From an uncultured Clostridia bacterium (GTDB taxonomy: Bacteria > Bacillota > Clostridia > Christensenellales > UBA1242), in contig CALWOW010000013.1 of the NCBI GenBank assembly GCA_944383295.1, forward strand, positions 1,043 to 65,042: a stretch of 64,000 nt of DNA, given 5' to 3'. The notes beneath the pieces were generated by a model. That model had not been told where the DNA came from, ran no database searches, and worked only from the letters and a program-made list of their open reading frames with translations. Of this stretch, positions 10,697 through 20,426 are shown in pieces (within the stretch, counting starts at the first letter, position 1; the number at the start of each line of letters is the position of its first letter). A program made the translations under genes and the position numbers.

Positions 10697-10725
10697 TTTA
10701 CTTTTTTCTTTTTTGGTGATATAAT
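10697..10725 (+). promoter_or_regulatory. extended -10 sigma-A promoter candidate for rlmN (TTTACT-17-TGaTATAAT)
   Basis: TTTACT at 10697-10702, TG at 10717-10718, TATAAT at 10720-10725. Confidence 0.5.
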
Positions 10726-10754
10726 AAACAAACATTCATAAATAGGAGAAGCAA

Positions 10755-11789
10755 ATGAAAATTATACAAGATTTTTCATTACAAGAGTTGCAGGATTTGA
10801 TGCTTTCATTTGGAGAGCAAAAATTTCGTGCTAAACAAATTTTAGATAATATTAATTTAGGTAAAAAAATAACTGATTTTAGCAATATTTCAAAATCTTT
10901 AAAAGAAAAATTATTAGCAGAATATGAAGACATTCCATTAAAGATACATACTATTCAAGAAAGCAAAGATGGTACTAAAAAATTTGCCTATGAATTATGG
11001 GACGGTAATATTATTGAAGGTGTGTTGATGTCTTACAAATACGGCAATACTCTTTGTGTTTCTACACAAGTTGGTTGTAGAATGGGGTGTAAATTTTGTG
11101 CTTCAACGCTAAATGGTCTTGCTCGCAATCTTTCTGCTGGTGAGATTTTATCGCAAGTGTTAGTTGTAAATAACTATTTAGGCGGTAAGGTGGGCAAAAA
11201 TCGAGAAATAACTAATATAGTGCTTATGGGCAGCGGTGAGCCGTTAGATAATTATGACAATGTAATTAAATTTCTACATTTAGTTTCAAGTCCTGACGGT
11301 TTGAATGTTTCACCTAGAAACATCTCATTATCTACTTGCGGTATAGTACCTAATATTTATAGACTAGCGGATGAAAAATTGCAGGTTATATTGACTATTT
11401 CGTTACACGCACCAAATGATGAATTGCGCAAAACTATAATGCCGATTGCTAATAAGTATAGCGTAAATCAAATTGTAGATGCGGCAAAAAATTATTTTAA
11501 TAAAACAGGTAGGCGTGTGGTTTTTGAATACGCATTAATTGATGGCGTCAATAATACTGTTGAATGTGCTAATGAGTTGGCTTCTTTGGTAAAAGGTTTT
11601 CCAACTCATGTCAATTTGATACCGCTCAATGAAGTAAAGGAAAGGGATTTGAAAACTGTTACGCATAAAAAGGCAGAGCAATTTGCTGATTTATTGAAAA
11701 AACATAAAGTTTCCGTTACTATAAGGAGAACGATTGCTGATGATATAGATGGCGCTTGTGGACAGTTGCGCAATAAAATTATAAAATAA
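10755..11789 (+). CDS. rlmN: 23S rRNA/tRNA (adenine-C2)-methyltransferase RlmN (radical SAM)
   Basis: VSTQVGCRMGCKFCAST cluster motif, MGSGEPLDNY, C-terminal DIDGACGQL. Confidence 0.95.
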   Translation: MKIIQDFSLQELQDLMLSFGEQKFRAKQILDNINLGKKITDFSNISKSLKEKLLAEYEDIPLKIHTIQESKDGTKKFAYELWDGNIIEGVLMSYKYGNTLCVSTQVGCRMGCKFCASTLNGLARNLSAGEILSQVLVVNNYLGGKVGKNREITNIVLMGSGEPLDNYDNVIKFLHLVSSPDGLNVSPRNISLSTCGIVPNIYRLADEKLQVILTISLHAPNDELRKTIMPIANKYSVNQIVDAAKNYFNKTGRRVVFEYALIDGVNNTVECANELASLVKGFPTHVNLIPLNEVKERDLKTVTHKKAEQFADLLKKHKVSVTIRRTIADDIDGACGQLRNKIIK

Positions 11790-11815
11790 AAAAGAAGTAA
11801 TCACTTCTTTTTTTG
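11790..11815. terminator. bidirectional terminator between convergent rlmN and the guanylate-kinase-like gene
   Basis: AGAAGT-aatc-ACTTCT hairpin flanked by an A-run and a T-run. Confidence 0.5.
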
Positions 11816-11819
11816 TTGT

Positions 11820-12488
11820 TTAATAACTAACTTGATTTTGCTGTTGTACTACGGGGGCGGATATTTTGTTATCGTTTGATTTTACCAATTTATCGCCGGT
11901 TTGTTTTTCGTACTCAAAATTTATTATACTGCAAACCGTGTCAACACAACTTTGCAAATCATCATTTATGACTCTGTAATCGTACTGAGAATACGTTTTA
12001 ATTATTCTATCTTTTTCAAGTTGTGTAATTCTACCACTTATATCGGTATTGTCATTTCTTTTTCTCACTCTAGCAATCAATACATCGTCAGGTGCATCAA
12101 TAAGAATAGTAATGATAGGTAAGGAAGATAAATTGCATTTTTGACGCACATGATTTATGCGTTTTTTTGCATTTGCGTAACCTTCGACATCATAGTCGTT
12201 TATTGCAATTTTCGCACTTGATAATGCTTGGTTTATGTTATCAATATGAGTGCCATAAATGTTATTATAAACTTTTTTTACTTCGACCATTTTACCTTGT
12301 CTGCATTGTAGTCGCATTTCTTCTATGGTGTAAAAAACATAATCTACGCCAGCAATTTCTTGTGGGCGCTTTTGTCTTGTTGTGCAAGACGGGAAGCGTT
12401 GGATGTTTTCTTCTCCTAGTCGTTTTGATATTTCTTTAATTACGGTATCTTTACCTGCACCTGTACTACCAACTATCATAACTAACAT
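11820..12488 (-). CDS. guanylate kinase family protein with Q-rich C-terminal tail
   Basis: P-loop GSTGAGKDT. GMP-site-like SCTTRQKRPQEIAGVDYVF and NIYGT. DVEG motif. No remA/rpoZ context, and it sits on the opposite strand to its neighbours. Confidence 0.7.
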   Translation of the reverse strand: MLVMIVGSTGAGKDTVIKEISKRLGEENIQRFPSCTTRQKRPQEIAGVDYVFYTIEEMRLQCRQGKMVEVKKVYNNIYGTHIDNINQALSSAKIAINDYDVEGYANAKKRINHVRQKCNLSSLPIITILIDAPDDVLIARVRKRNDNTDISGRITQLEKDRIIKTYSQYDYRVINDDLQSCVDTVCSIINFEYEKQTGDKLVKSNDNKISAPVVQQQNQVSY

Positions 12489-12617
12489 ATAATGCTTTAC
12501 CTTTGATTGTTTTTATTATGAAAATATAACAAATTTCTACAAATTTGTCAAGTTTAGTTTATTTAATTTGTTTCATATCTAATCAATTTCACTGCATAAC
12601 ATAAAATAGGAGGAAGT

Positions 12618-13331
12618 ATGTCAAAAAGTTTTAAGATATTTAGGTCTGCTGGTGTAAATGTTGCTATTTTTTTAATGCTCGGAGTACTTTGTGTACTTAC
12701 TTTAAATAACGATGTAAAAAGTGTATTTAGCCCTGCATATTCAAATTTATATTATCGTGGTGATACAACTCAAAATAATGTTAGTTTAATGGTAAATGTT
12801 TATTGGGGGAATGAGTATTTATCTAGTATGTTAAAAACATTTGAAGATTATGGGGTCAAGACCACCTTTTTCGTTGGTGGAATGTGGGCATCGAAATATC
12901 CAGAAGAATTAATTAATTTAGTAGAAAAAGGACACGAAATTGGAAATCACGGTTTTTTTCACAAAGATCAAGATAAATTGAGTTACAATGAAAACCAACA
13001 AGAAATCTATAATACCCACCAATTAGTAAAACAGTATATAAATGAAGATATGACACTTTTTGCGCCACCTTCTGGTGCTTATAATGACTATACCATACAA
13101 TGTGCATCTAATCTGGGCTACAAGGTTATAATGTGGAGTCGTGATACAATAGATTGGCGTGACCAAAATGCAGATTTAATTTATGAAAGAGCAACTAAAA
13201 ATTTATCTAACGGTGAATTAGTATTAATGCACCCAACCTTAAAGACTGCGGAAGCGTTACCTAAAATATTGGAATATTGTAAACAACACAACTTAAATGT
13301 TGTACCTGTGAGCAACAACATAACGGTTTAA
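12618..13331 (+). CDS. pdaB: polysaccharide deacetylase family sporulation protein (PdaB-like)
   Basis: N-terminal TM, NodB domain with TFFVGGMWA...GHEIGNHGFFH and LMHP. Length 237 aa. Confidence 0.8.
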   Translation: MSKSFKIFRSAGVNVAIFLMLGVLCVLTLNNDVKSVFSPAYSNLYYRGDTTQNNVSLMVNVYWGNEYLSSMLKTFEDYGVKTTFFVGGMWASKYPEELINLVEKGHEIGNHGFFHKDQDKLSYNENQQEIYNTHQLVKQYINEDMTLFAPPSGAYNDYTIQCASNLGYKVIMWSRDTIDWRDQNADLIYERATKNLSNGELVLMHPTLKTAEALPKILEYCKQHNLNVVPVSNNITV

Positions 13332-13391
13332 ATGCTTGCCGATTAAATTTGATTGTGTTATAATGAATAACAAATTTAAAGAGGTAATGCT

Positions 13392-14663
13392 ATGTATAAT
13401 ATAAAAACTTATAAAAACGGTTTAAGATTAGTCCACAATTATGATAATAACACACAAGCAGTTACAGTGATGTTTTATTGTTTAGTTGGTAATGCAAATG
13501 AAGATGATACTAATAGGGGAATAGCACATCTAGCAGAGCATATGTTTTTTAAAGGAACTAAGAAGCGCAGTGCAAAAGAAATTTCTTTAATTTTTGATAA
13601 GTTAGGTATAGTTAATAATGCTTATACAAGTAATGACTGCACTGTATTTTTCGCTAATGCCATGAATAAAGATATAGAAATAATTTTTGATGTATTTAGC
13701 GATTGTTTCTTTAACTCAGTTTATGCCCCTGACCTTTTAGAATTGGAAAAGAAAGCAGTTTGTAGCGAACTCGAAATGTATCTAGATGATAATAAAGATT
13801 TACTTTGGGCAAAAGCATTGGAAGTTGCTTTACAAGGAACACCATATCAATATCCATTAGGTGGTACTGTTGAGTCAGTTACAAAACTAAAACAACAAGA
13901 TTTGATTAATTATAGAAACAAGTATTATAAAACAAATAGACTTATAATTAGTGTAAGCGGTAATGTATCTCAAACTGAAGTTGATAAGTTAATAGAAAAG
14001 TATGTGTTAGATTATGAAAAAGAAGATTTAAATCCAATTACATTCAAGCAACCACCTTATCAAATTCAACTTGATAAGAGATTTGTGTTTGAACATAAAG
14101 ATACCGACCAATGTTACTGTGCTATAAACTTTAAGAGTTTACAATCGCCAGACGCAAGGTCACTCACTTTAAAGGCGCTGAATATAGTTTGGGGCGGTTT
14201 AATGAGTTCAAGGCTTTTCCAAAAAGTAAGGGAAGAAAAGGGTTTAGTTTACTATATAGGCGCTATATCCGAATTAATGTCACGTGCAGGTTTAAATGGT
14301 ATTCAATTTTTTGCAAATAAAAACAATACTGTTGAAGTACTAAAAACTATTAGAGAGGCAATACTTGAAGCAAAACAAAATGGCTTTACTGCGGAAGAGT
14401 TGGGCACTGCTAAAAATGTTTTAAAAACACAATATACATTATCGAATATAACACCAAATTCAAAAGCAGGTAAGGGGGCAAGTTATTTGGCTTACAATGA
14501 AGAAGCATTTGATTTGGATAAGGAATTTAGTAAAATAGATGCTTTGACTCTAGATGACTTAAATAAATGTTTTAATGAATTTGTTAATTTTGACGATTTA
14601 ACAGTTGCAATAATAGCTAAAGATAACGATATAAATGCAAATGATATACTATTAGGGAAGTAG
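13392..14663 (+). CDS. M16 family (insulinase/pitrilysin-like) zinc peptidase
   Basis: Inverted zinc motif HLAEHMFFKGT near the N-terminus. 423 aa, two-domain M16 layout. Confidence 0.85.
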   Translation: MYNIKTYKNGLRLVHNYDNNTQAVTVMFYCLVGNANEDDTNRGIAHLAEHMFFKGTKKRSAKEISLIFDKLGIVNNAYTSNDCTVFFANAMNKDIEIIFDVFSDCFFNSVYAPDLLELEKKAVCSELEMYLDDNKDLLWAKALEVALQGTPYQYPLGGTVESVTKLKQQDLINYRNKYYKTNRLIISVSGNVSQTEVDKLIEKYVLDYEKEDLNPITFKQPPYQIQLDKRFVFEHKDTDQCYCAINFKSLQSPDARSLTLKALNIVWGGLMSSRLFQKVREEKGLVYYIGAISELMSRAGLNGIQFFANKNNTVEVLKTIREAILEAKQNGFTAEELGTAKNVLKTQYTLSNITPNSKAGKGASYLAYNEEAFDLDKEFSKIDALTLDDLNKCFNEFVNFDDLTVAIIAKDNDINANDILLGK

Positions 14664-14767
14664 TTTCTCGAGGGCGGAAATTAAAAAAGCATGACGTTTT
14701 TGTTTGTGTTTTTTTTAATAAAATGGTATTATTATAACAATAAGAGCAAAACAATAGGAGGTTTATT

Positions 14768-17449
14768 TTGCAGAATTACACGAGTAGAAATGTGGGGGAG
14801 CCGAAAAATAAACTTTCAAGGCGTGCTAAATGGGGTATCGCCGTTTTGGTTTGCTCTATTTTTTTGCTTGTATGCATGATTTTTAATTTGCTTCCATTTA
14901 TTCGTTCTTTTGTATTAGGGACCTTTGGACTTGCTACTTACCCTGTACTTGTTATTGCTATTGCTATAGGTGTTATCTTGTTAAATAAGAGAAAATATAC
15001 TTTAGCGAAAAATTATGTTATTAGTTTATGCGTGTTGTACTTTTTGCTAATTTGTGTTTTACAAGTTGCTCTTACAAATATTAGTGCTTCTAATTTTGGG
15101 ATTTATTTAAGTGAAGTATATACTTCTAAAATAACGCCAGGTGGAATTATTTCAGGTATTGTTGCTTATATTTTAGGTGCTTTATTTAATTACGCAGGTG
15201 CTTATATAGCATTAACAATAGGCATATTGATTTGTGTTGTTTTTATGGTAGATTATTTCTTGAAAATGCGTGATTATAAAAAATTAAACGCAAGAGCCGT
15301 AAGTTACCCTGTTGAAAAAGAGGTAAACAAAGTAAAGGAAGAACCTGTGGTTGTAGGTGCTGGCGCTTTTAAGAAAAAACATAGTTTTGCTGAAAAATTT
15401 AAACAACATAAAGAAGAAAATGTTAATATTGGCTTAAATACTGAAAAACAACTTGTTTCCGTAGAACGTGGCGCCGAAGCTAAGGTTAATGAGAATGAAC
15501 AAATTGCGCAAAAGATATTTGGGAACGATTATGGTAATTTAGTAGGTCAAAAAGAAGAACCTGTAAAAAATGAAGATGCCTTTACATTGGAAGATTTTAT
15601 CAATCAAGCAAATCAAAATTCCTTCGAAAATTTCAACAAGTCATTTGAAAATAATTCTCAATATGTGCAGAATACAAAAAATACAAACAACTTTAACACT
15701 AATACTGAAGAAGAAATTGCAAGACCAAAATTTGAAACAAATCTTAATTTAGAACCTTTGGAAACTAAAAAAGAGCATATTGAAGTTGAACAAGATAAAG
15801 AGCCGGATGCTTCCATTCTTGATAATTTAAGCAAAATGATAGATGAAGTACCGACAAATGTTGCGCCTTTAAATAATGATTTTGCTAAAGATTTAAAACC
15901 AAAAGAGCACGAACCAAAGACAACTCAATTAGAGATGCAACAAACTAAACCTACACCTAATCCTACTACGACTTATAAACGACCTAGTCCGTATGTAAGG
16001 CCACCATTAGAACTTTTAACAACTCAATCTAGTAAATTATCTGGGAATGAAGCTGATTTTAAAGAAAAGGCTCGCATACTTGAAGAAACATTGGAAAGCT
16101 TTAAAATTTCTGCTACTGTAGTGGGAATAACAAGTGGGCCGGCTGTCACACGATATGAAATACAAATGCCTGCGGGTATTTCTGTTAAAAAGATTTCTCA
16201 GCACGGCGATGATATTGCTATGATGATGCAGTCTTATAGCGGAGTAAGAATAGAAGCACCAATCCCTGGTAAAAATCTTGTAGGTATAGAGATACCTAAT
16301 GAAAAGATAGCAACAATCGGTTTGAAAGATATAATCGGTTCTCCAGAATTTCATAATAGCAAATCTCCTTTAACCGTTGCTTTGGGTAAAGACATAGCAG
16401 GAACTGTTAAAATTTGTGATTTAGCAGCAATGCCTCACTTATTGGTAGCGGGTGCTACTGGTTCAGGTAAATCTGTATGTTTAAATGTAATTTTAATTAG
16501 TTTATTGTATAAGTTGGGAATGGACGATTTAAGATTGATTTTAATTGACCCTAAACGTGTTGAATTTACTAGTTACAATGGATTACCGCAATTGCTAACC
16601 CCAGAAGTTATTTGTCAACCAAAACAAGCATTAAATGCGTTTGATTGGGCTATAGATGAAATGAATAATCGTTTCGAAACGTTCCAACGTTTGCGTGTGC
16701 GTAATCTTGATGAATACAACTCGCTGGAAGCAGTTTATAAGGGTAAAGAACCAAAATTACCTCGCATAGTTATTGTTGTCGATGAATTAGCTGATTTAAT
16801 GCTAATGGCTCGTAAAGATTTGGAAGAAAAAATTATGCGTATTGCACAATTATCAAGAGCTGCTGGTATCCATTTGATTTTGGCAACACAACGTCCTTCG
16901 GTAAATGTTATCACTGGTACTATCAAAGCAAACTTACCGTCAAGAATAGCATTCGCTGTTAATAATTTTGCTGATTCGAATACAATCATAAATCAAGGTG
17001 GAGCAGAGAAATTGTTAGGTCGTGGTGATATGTTATATGCACCTCAAAATTTACCTGAACCTGTGCGTATTCAATGCCCTTTCATAAATAATAACGAAAT
17101 CTTAAAAATAGTTGAATTTATAAAAAATAATAATGAAACTGATTTTGATAATGAAAGAACAGCAAGAATTTTGGACGGCAAGGGCAAAAATGAGGGTGGC
17201 GCAGATGGTGATTCTGACGGAATTGAATTTGACCCAATTTTGCCAAAAGCACTGTTAGATTTTATACGAGCAGGTACAGGTTCTATTTCTGCAATTCAGC
17301 GCAGATATTCCGTTGGATACGCAAGGGCCGCAAGGATAATAGACCAAATGGAGCAATCACACTTTATTTCACCTATGGATGGCTCTAATAAAAATAGACA
17401 AGTTTTAATAGATGAAGAAAAATATAATGAATTATTTTCAAATGAATAA
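14768..17449 (+). CDS. ftsK: DNA translocase FtsK/SpoIIIE
   Basis: N-terminal multi-TM anchor and a long low-complexity linker. Motor domain with Walker A GATGSGKS and Walker B VVDELADL. C-terminal gamma winged-helix (SISAIQRRYSVGYARAARIID). TTG start with AGGAGG SD. Confidence 0.95.
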   Translation: MQNYTSRNVGEPKNKLSRRAKWGIAVLVCSIFLLVCMIFNLLPFIRSFVLGTFGLATYPVLVIAIAIGVILLNKRKYTLAKNYVISLCVLYFLLICVLQVALTNISASNFGIYLSEVYTSKITPGGIISGIVAYILGALFNYAGAYIALTIGILICVVFMVDYFLKMRDYKKLNARAVSYPVEKEVNKVKEEPVVVGAGAFKKKHSFAEKFKQHKEENVNIGLNTEKQLVSVERGAEAKVNENEQIAQKIFGNDYGNLVGQKEEPVKNEDAFTLEDFINQANQNSFENFNKSFENNSQYVQNTKNTNNFNTNTEEEIARPKFETNLNLEPLETKKEHIEVEQDKEPDASILDNLSKMIDEVPTNVAPLNNDFAKDLKPKEHEPKTTQLEMQQTKPTPNPTTTYKRPSPYVRPPLELLTTQSSKLSGNEADFKEKARILEETLESFKISATVVGITSGPAVTRYEIQMPAGISVKKISQHGDDIAMMMQSYSGVRIEAPIPGKNLVGIEIPNEKIATIGLKDIIGSPEFHNSKSPLTVALGKDIAGTVKICDLAAMPHLLVAGATGSGKSVCLNVILISLLYKLGMDDLRLILIDPKRVEFTSYNGLPQLLTPEVICQPKQALNAFDWAIDEMNNRFETFQRLRVRNLDEYNSLEAVYKGKEPKLPRIVIVVDELADLMLMARKDLEEKIMRIAQLSRAAGIHLILATQRPSVNVITGTIKANLPSRIAFAVNNFADSNTIINQGGAEKLLGRGDMLYAPQNLPEPVRIQCPFINNNEILKIVEFIKNNNETDFDNERTARILDGKGKNEGGADGDSDGIEFDPILPKALLDFIRAGTGSISAIQRRYSVGYARAARIIDQMEQSHFISPMDGSNKNRQVLIDEEKYNELFSNE

Positions 17450-17463
17450 AGGGACTACAGAAG

Positions 17464-18783
17464 TTGAAAGATTTAAAAACTAAAAGTGTTGCACTTGTAT
17501 CTTTGGGGTGTGACAAAAATAGAGTAGATTCTGAACGTATTTTATATTGTTTAAAAGAGCTGGGACTAAACATTGTGACAAATCCAGAGCAAGCAAATAT
17601 TATTATAGTGAATACGTGCGCTTTTATTGAATCCGCTAGAGTCGAAAGTATACAAAATATACTAGAAATGGCAGAATATAAGCTAAATGGAAAGTGTGAG
17701 TTATTGATAGTTGTAGGTTGTTTACCTGCAAAATCATATAACGAAGTTAGAAAATCACTACCCGAAGTCGATGTATTTTTGGGAGTTAACAGTGAAAACG
17801 ATATTGTGAAAGTAATAGAAAACTTTTATAATATCAAAGAAATTAAAGGGTGCGCTTATTCAAGTTGTGCCCGCATATTAAGTACACCAAAACACTATGC
17901 ATATTTAAAAATAGCTGATGGATGTAATAATCGTTGTACTTATTGCACTATTCCGCAAATAAGAGGGAAGTATGTTTCAAGGCCTTTTGAAAAATTAATT
18001 GCGGAAGCAAAAATACTAGCACAAAATGGTGTCAAGGAATTAATTTTGGTAGCGCAAGATGTAACTCGATATGGTGAAGATTTATACAAAAAACATAGGT
18101 TAGTAGAATTAATACAAGAATTATCTAAAATACAAAATATTCATTGGATAAGATTGCATTATTGTTATCCTGAATTTATTAGTGATAAATTAATAGATGA
18201 AATCGCAAACAATGATAAAGTTTGTAAATATTTAGATATGCCATTACAGCATATAAATAATAAGATTCTTAAATCTATGAATAGGGCAAGCACAAAAGAA
18301 CATATAATTGCGATTATTAAAAAGATACGAGATAAATGCCCAAATATAGCCCTTCGCACAAGTATCATTGTAGGATTTTCAGGTGAGAGCAAAAAAGATT
18401 TTCAAGAGTTAAAACAGTTCATTATAGAGGCACGTTTTGCGCAAGTGGGATTTTTTGAATATTCCCGTGAGAAAGATACAGAAGCATATCACTTCAAAAA
18501 TCGTAAATTTAGTTTTACAAAGCACAAAAGATTGCGTGAATTAGTTGCTTTACAACAACAAATTACTTACGAAAATAATTTAGCTAAAATCGGTAGCGTG
18601 TTACAATGCATTTGTGATGAAGAAGACGATGACAATTATATTTTAAGAAGTCAGTTTGATTCGCCTGACGTTGATTCGGTGATTTTGGTAAATAAGGATA
18701 AAAAACTTCAAGTTGGAGAGTTTTATAATGTTAAGTTAGTCCAAGTTGAAAACAGTTTGGATTTTAAAGGAGAAATTGTATGA
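17464..18783 (+). CDS. rimO: ribosomal protein S12 methylthiotransferase RimO
   Basis: UPF0004 N-domain (LGCDKNRVDSE), radical SAM CNNRCTYCTIP, C-terminal TRAM. Followed by pgsA, as in Firmicutes. Confidence 0.9.
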   Translation: MKDLKTKSVALVSLGCDKNRVDSERILYCLKELGLNIVTNPEQANIIIVNTCAFIESARVESIQNILEMAEYKLNGKCELLIVVGCLPAKSYNEVRKSLPEVDVFLGVNSENDIVKVIENFYNIKEIKGCAYSSCARILSTPKHYAYLKIADGCNNRCTYCTIPQIRGKYVSRPFEKLIAEAKILAQNGVKELILVAQDVTRYGEDLYKKHRLVELIQELSKIQNIHWIRLHYCYPEFISDKLIDEIANNDKVCKYLDMPLQHINNKILKSMNRASTKEHIIAIIKKIRDKCPNIALRTSIIVGFSGESKKDFQELKQFIIEARFAQVGFFEYSREKDTEAYHFKNRKFSFTKHKRLRELVALQQQITYENNLAKIGSVLQCICDEEDDDNYILRSQFDSPDVDSVILVNKDKKLQVGEFYNVKLVQVENSLDFKGEIV

Positions 18784-19385
18784 ATTTACCTAATAAATTA
18801 TCTTTAATGCGTATTTGTTTTGTACCTTTAATAATATTTTTCTATTTAGCGAGTTTTATCCCTTATGGGAAAATTGTTGCGGTAGTTTTATTTATTGTAG
18901 CCGCTTTGACTGATTTGTATGATGGTAAAATTGCAAGAAGCCGTGGTTTAGTGACGGATTTAGGTAAATTATTAGACCCTATCGCAGATAAATTGCTCTA
19001 TACTTGTAGCTTATTTCTAGTTGTTGTAGATGGCACAATTTTAGCTCCTTGGGGGATACTTGCTTTAATTATTTTATTTGCAAGAGATACGCTCGTAAAC
19101 GGAATAAGACAAGTTGCTGCAACAAAAGGAGTAGTTCTCGCTGCCGGTTGGAGTGGAAAAATTAAAGCAATACTTGCTTATATATACATTCCTTTATTTA
19201 TGTTTTTAGCGCAAGGTATTTTTGCAAATACAGGGTATGTAGCGTGTGATATTATCAATACTGTTTTAACTGTTATTGCTTATGTTGTATTGGGTGTTGG
19301 TACTCTCGTTACTATTTGGTCTGGAGTAGAATACACAGTAAAAAACAAATATATTTTTGCCACTAACGAACCAAGAGAGGAATAG
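18780..19385 (+). CDS. pgsA: CDP-diacylglycerol--glycerol-3-phosphate 3-phosphatidyltransferase
   Basis: CDP-alcohol phosphotransferase motif DLYDGKIAR...G..LDPIADK. 4-nt overlap with rimO. Confidence 0.9.
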   Translation: MNLPNKLSLMRICFVPLIIFFYLASFIPYGKIVAVVLFIVAALTDLYDGKIARSRGLVTDLGKLLDPIADKLLYTCSLFLVVVDGTILAPWGILALIILFARDTLVNGIRQVAATKGVVLAAGWSGKIKAILAYIYIPLFMFLAQGIFANTGYVACDIINTVLTVIAYVVLGVGTLVTIWSGVEYTVKNKYIFATNEPREE

Positions 19386-20393
19386 ATGCAAACTAATTTA
19401 ATACTATTTTGTGATGAAAGCATTAATAAAAACGAATTACATTCCGCAGTACAGACTTTAATACGTACATTCAGTTTAGCATTGCAACAAGTTGATTCAA
19501 TCACGTTACTACCAACTTATAGTAGTATGAATGAAATAATTAAGCATCTAAAACAAAATACTATTATTGGTGTCGGTAAATGTGAATCAAGCTGTTTGTT
19601 AAATGTATATAATTCAATTAAAAATTATTACGGGAGCGAACCTATCAAAACTAATTATGGGTTATACTGCTTAAATAATAATAAAAGATGTAGCGTTGTT
19701 GATTTAGTCGAAGGTGTAGGAAAGCTCAATTTACAAAATTTATTAGTTATATACAATCTAAACAATGTTTTCTATTTTAGTCTGTTTGGATTAAAATATC
19801 GTGAAGTGATGTCAAGATTAAGTAAAGTCGATTACATTGATAAATTTGACTTTTCATATTATGAAAATTGTGGAATATGCTATTTATCTTTTACTGCATT
19901 GAGTGGCGAAAATGCTGAATTTAGTAAGGATTTTAAACGCTCATTTAGTAAAAATTTTATTGATACTTTGTATTGTGATGAGCCTATTTCGTTACAAAAT
20001 TGTGTTGAAGATTTATTGCCTTTGAGAAAGGAATATTTTGCCTTTATAAATTTGTCTAAAGATTGCGCAATTTTAAATTATAAATTAACTCAAATAAATA
20101 ACTTTAATCAATTTAATAAAGTTATATTGCCTGAAGATGCGCTAAAGTTAAATGATTTTACTTCTGCTCGTGAGATTATAGAAAAATATAATTTGAGTTT
20201 TATTGTGGTTTTGCGTGGTACATTGTCTGATGCCGAAATCATTGTCTTTGATGAATATGAAATGCGTAAATTTGATTTTGTAGGTAAAGGACAACAAGAT
20301 TATAACATCGAATATTTATTAAATTCACTATTACACAAAATTTTTATTAAATTACGCAAAAACGCTTTGTTTTTTCCTCAAGATAGTGTATAA
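19386..20393 (+). CDS. hypothetical protein occupying the cinA position between pgsA and recA
   Basis: ATG directly abuts the pgsA stop (TAGATG), with SD AGAGAGG. 335 aa. No motif I can assign with confidence. Confidence 0.5.
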   Translation: MQTNLILFCDESINKNELHSAVQTLIRTFSLALQQVDSITLLPTYSSMNEIIKHLKQNTIIGVGKCESSCLLNVYNSIKNYYGSEPIKTNYGLYCLNNNKRCSVVDLVEGVGKLNLQNLLVIYNLNNVFYFSLFGLKYREVMSRLSKVDYIDKFDFSYYENCGICYLSFTALSGENAEFSKDFKRSFSKNFIDTLYCDEPISLQNCVEDLLPLRKEYFAFINLSKDCAILNYKLTQINNFNQFNKVILPEDALKLNDFTSAREIIEKYNLSFIVVLRGTLSDAEIIVFDEYEMRKFDFVGKGQQDYNIEYLLNSLLHKIFIKLRKNALFFPQDSV

Positions 20394-20397
20394 TATT

Positions 20398-20411
20398 AGA
20401 ACAAATGTTTA
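20398..20411. promoter_or_regulatory. LexA (Cheo/SOS) box upstream of recA: AGAAC-AAAT-GTTTA
   Basis: Matches the Firmicute CGAAC-N4-GTTCG consensus in the left half and 3 of 5 positions in the right half. Lies 4 nt after a TATAAT (20389-20394) and 16 nt before the recA TTG. Confidence 0.6.
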
Positions 20412-20426
20412 TAAAGGAGTAAGAAA

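Noticed and set aside
14691-14879. 62-aa ORF upstream of and overlapping the ftsK start.
   Set aside because: It has no SD and a junk-like hydrophobic translation. It overlaps the well-supported TTG start of ftsK, which has an AGGAGG SD.
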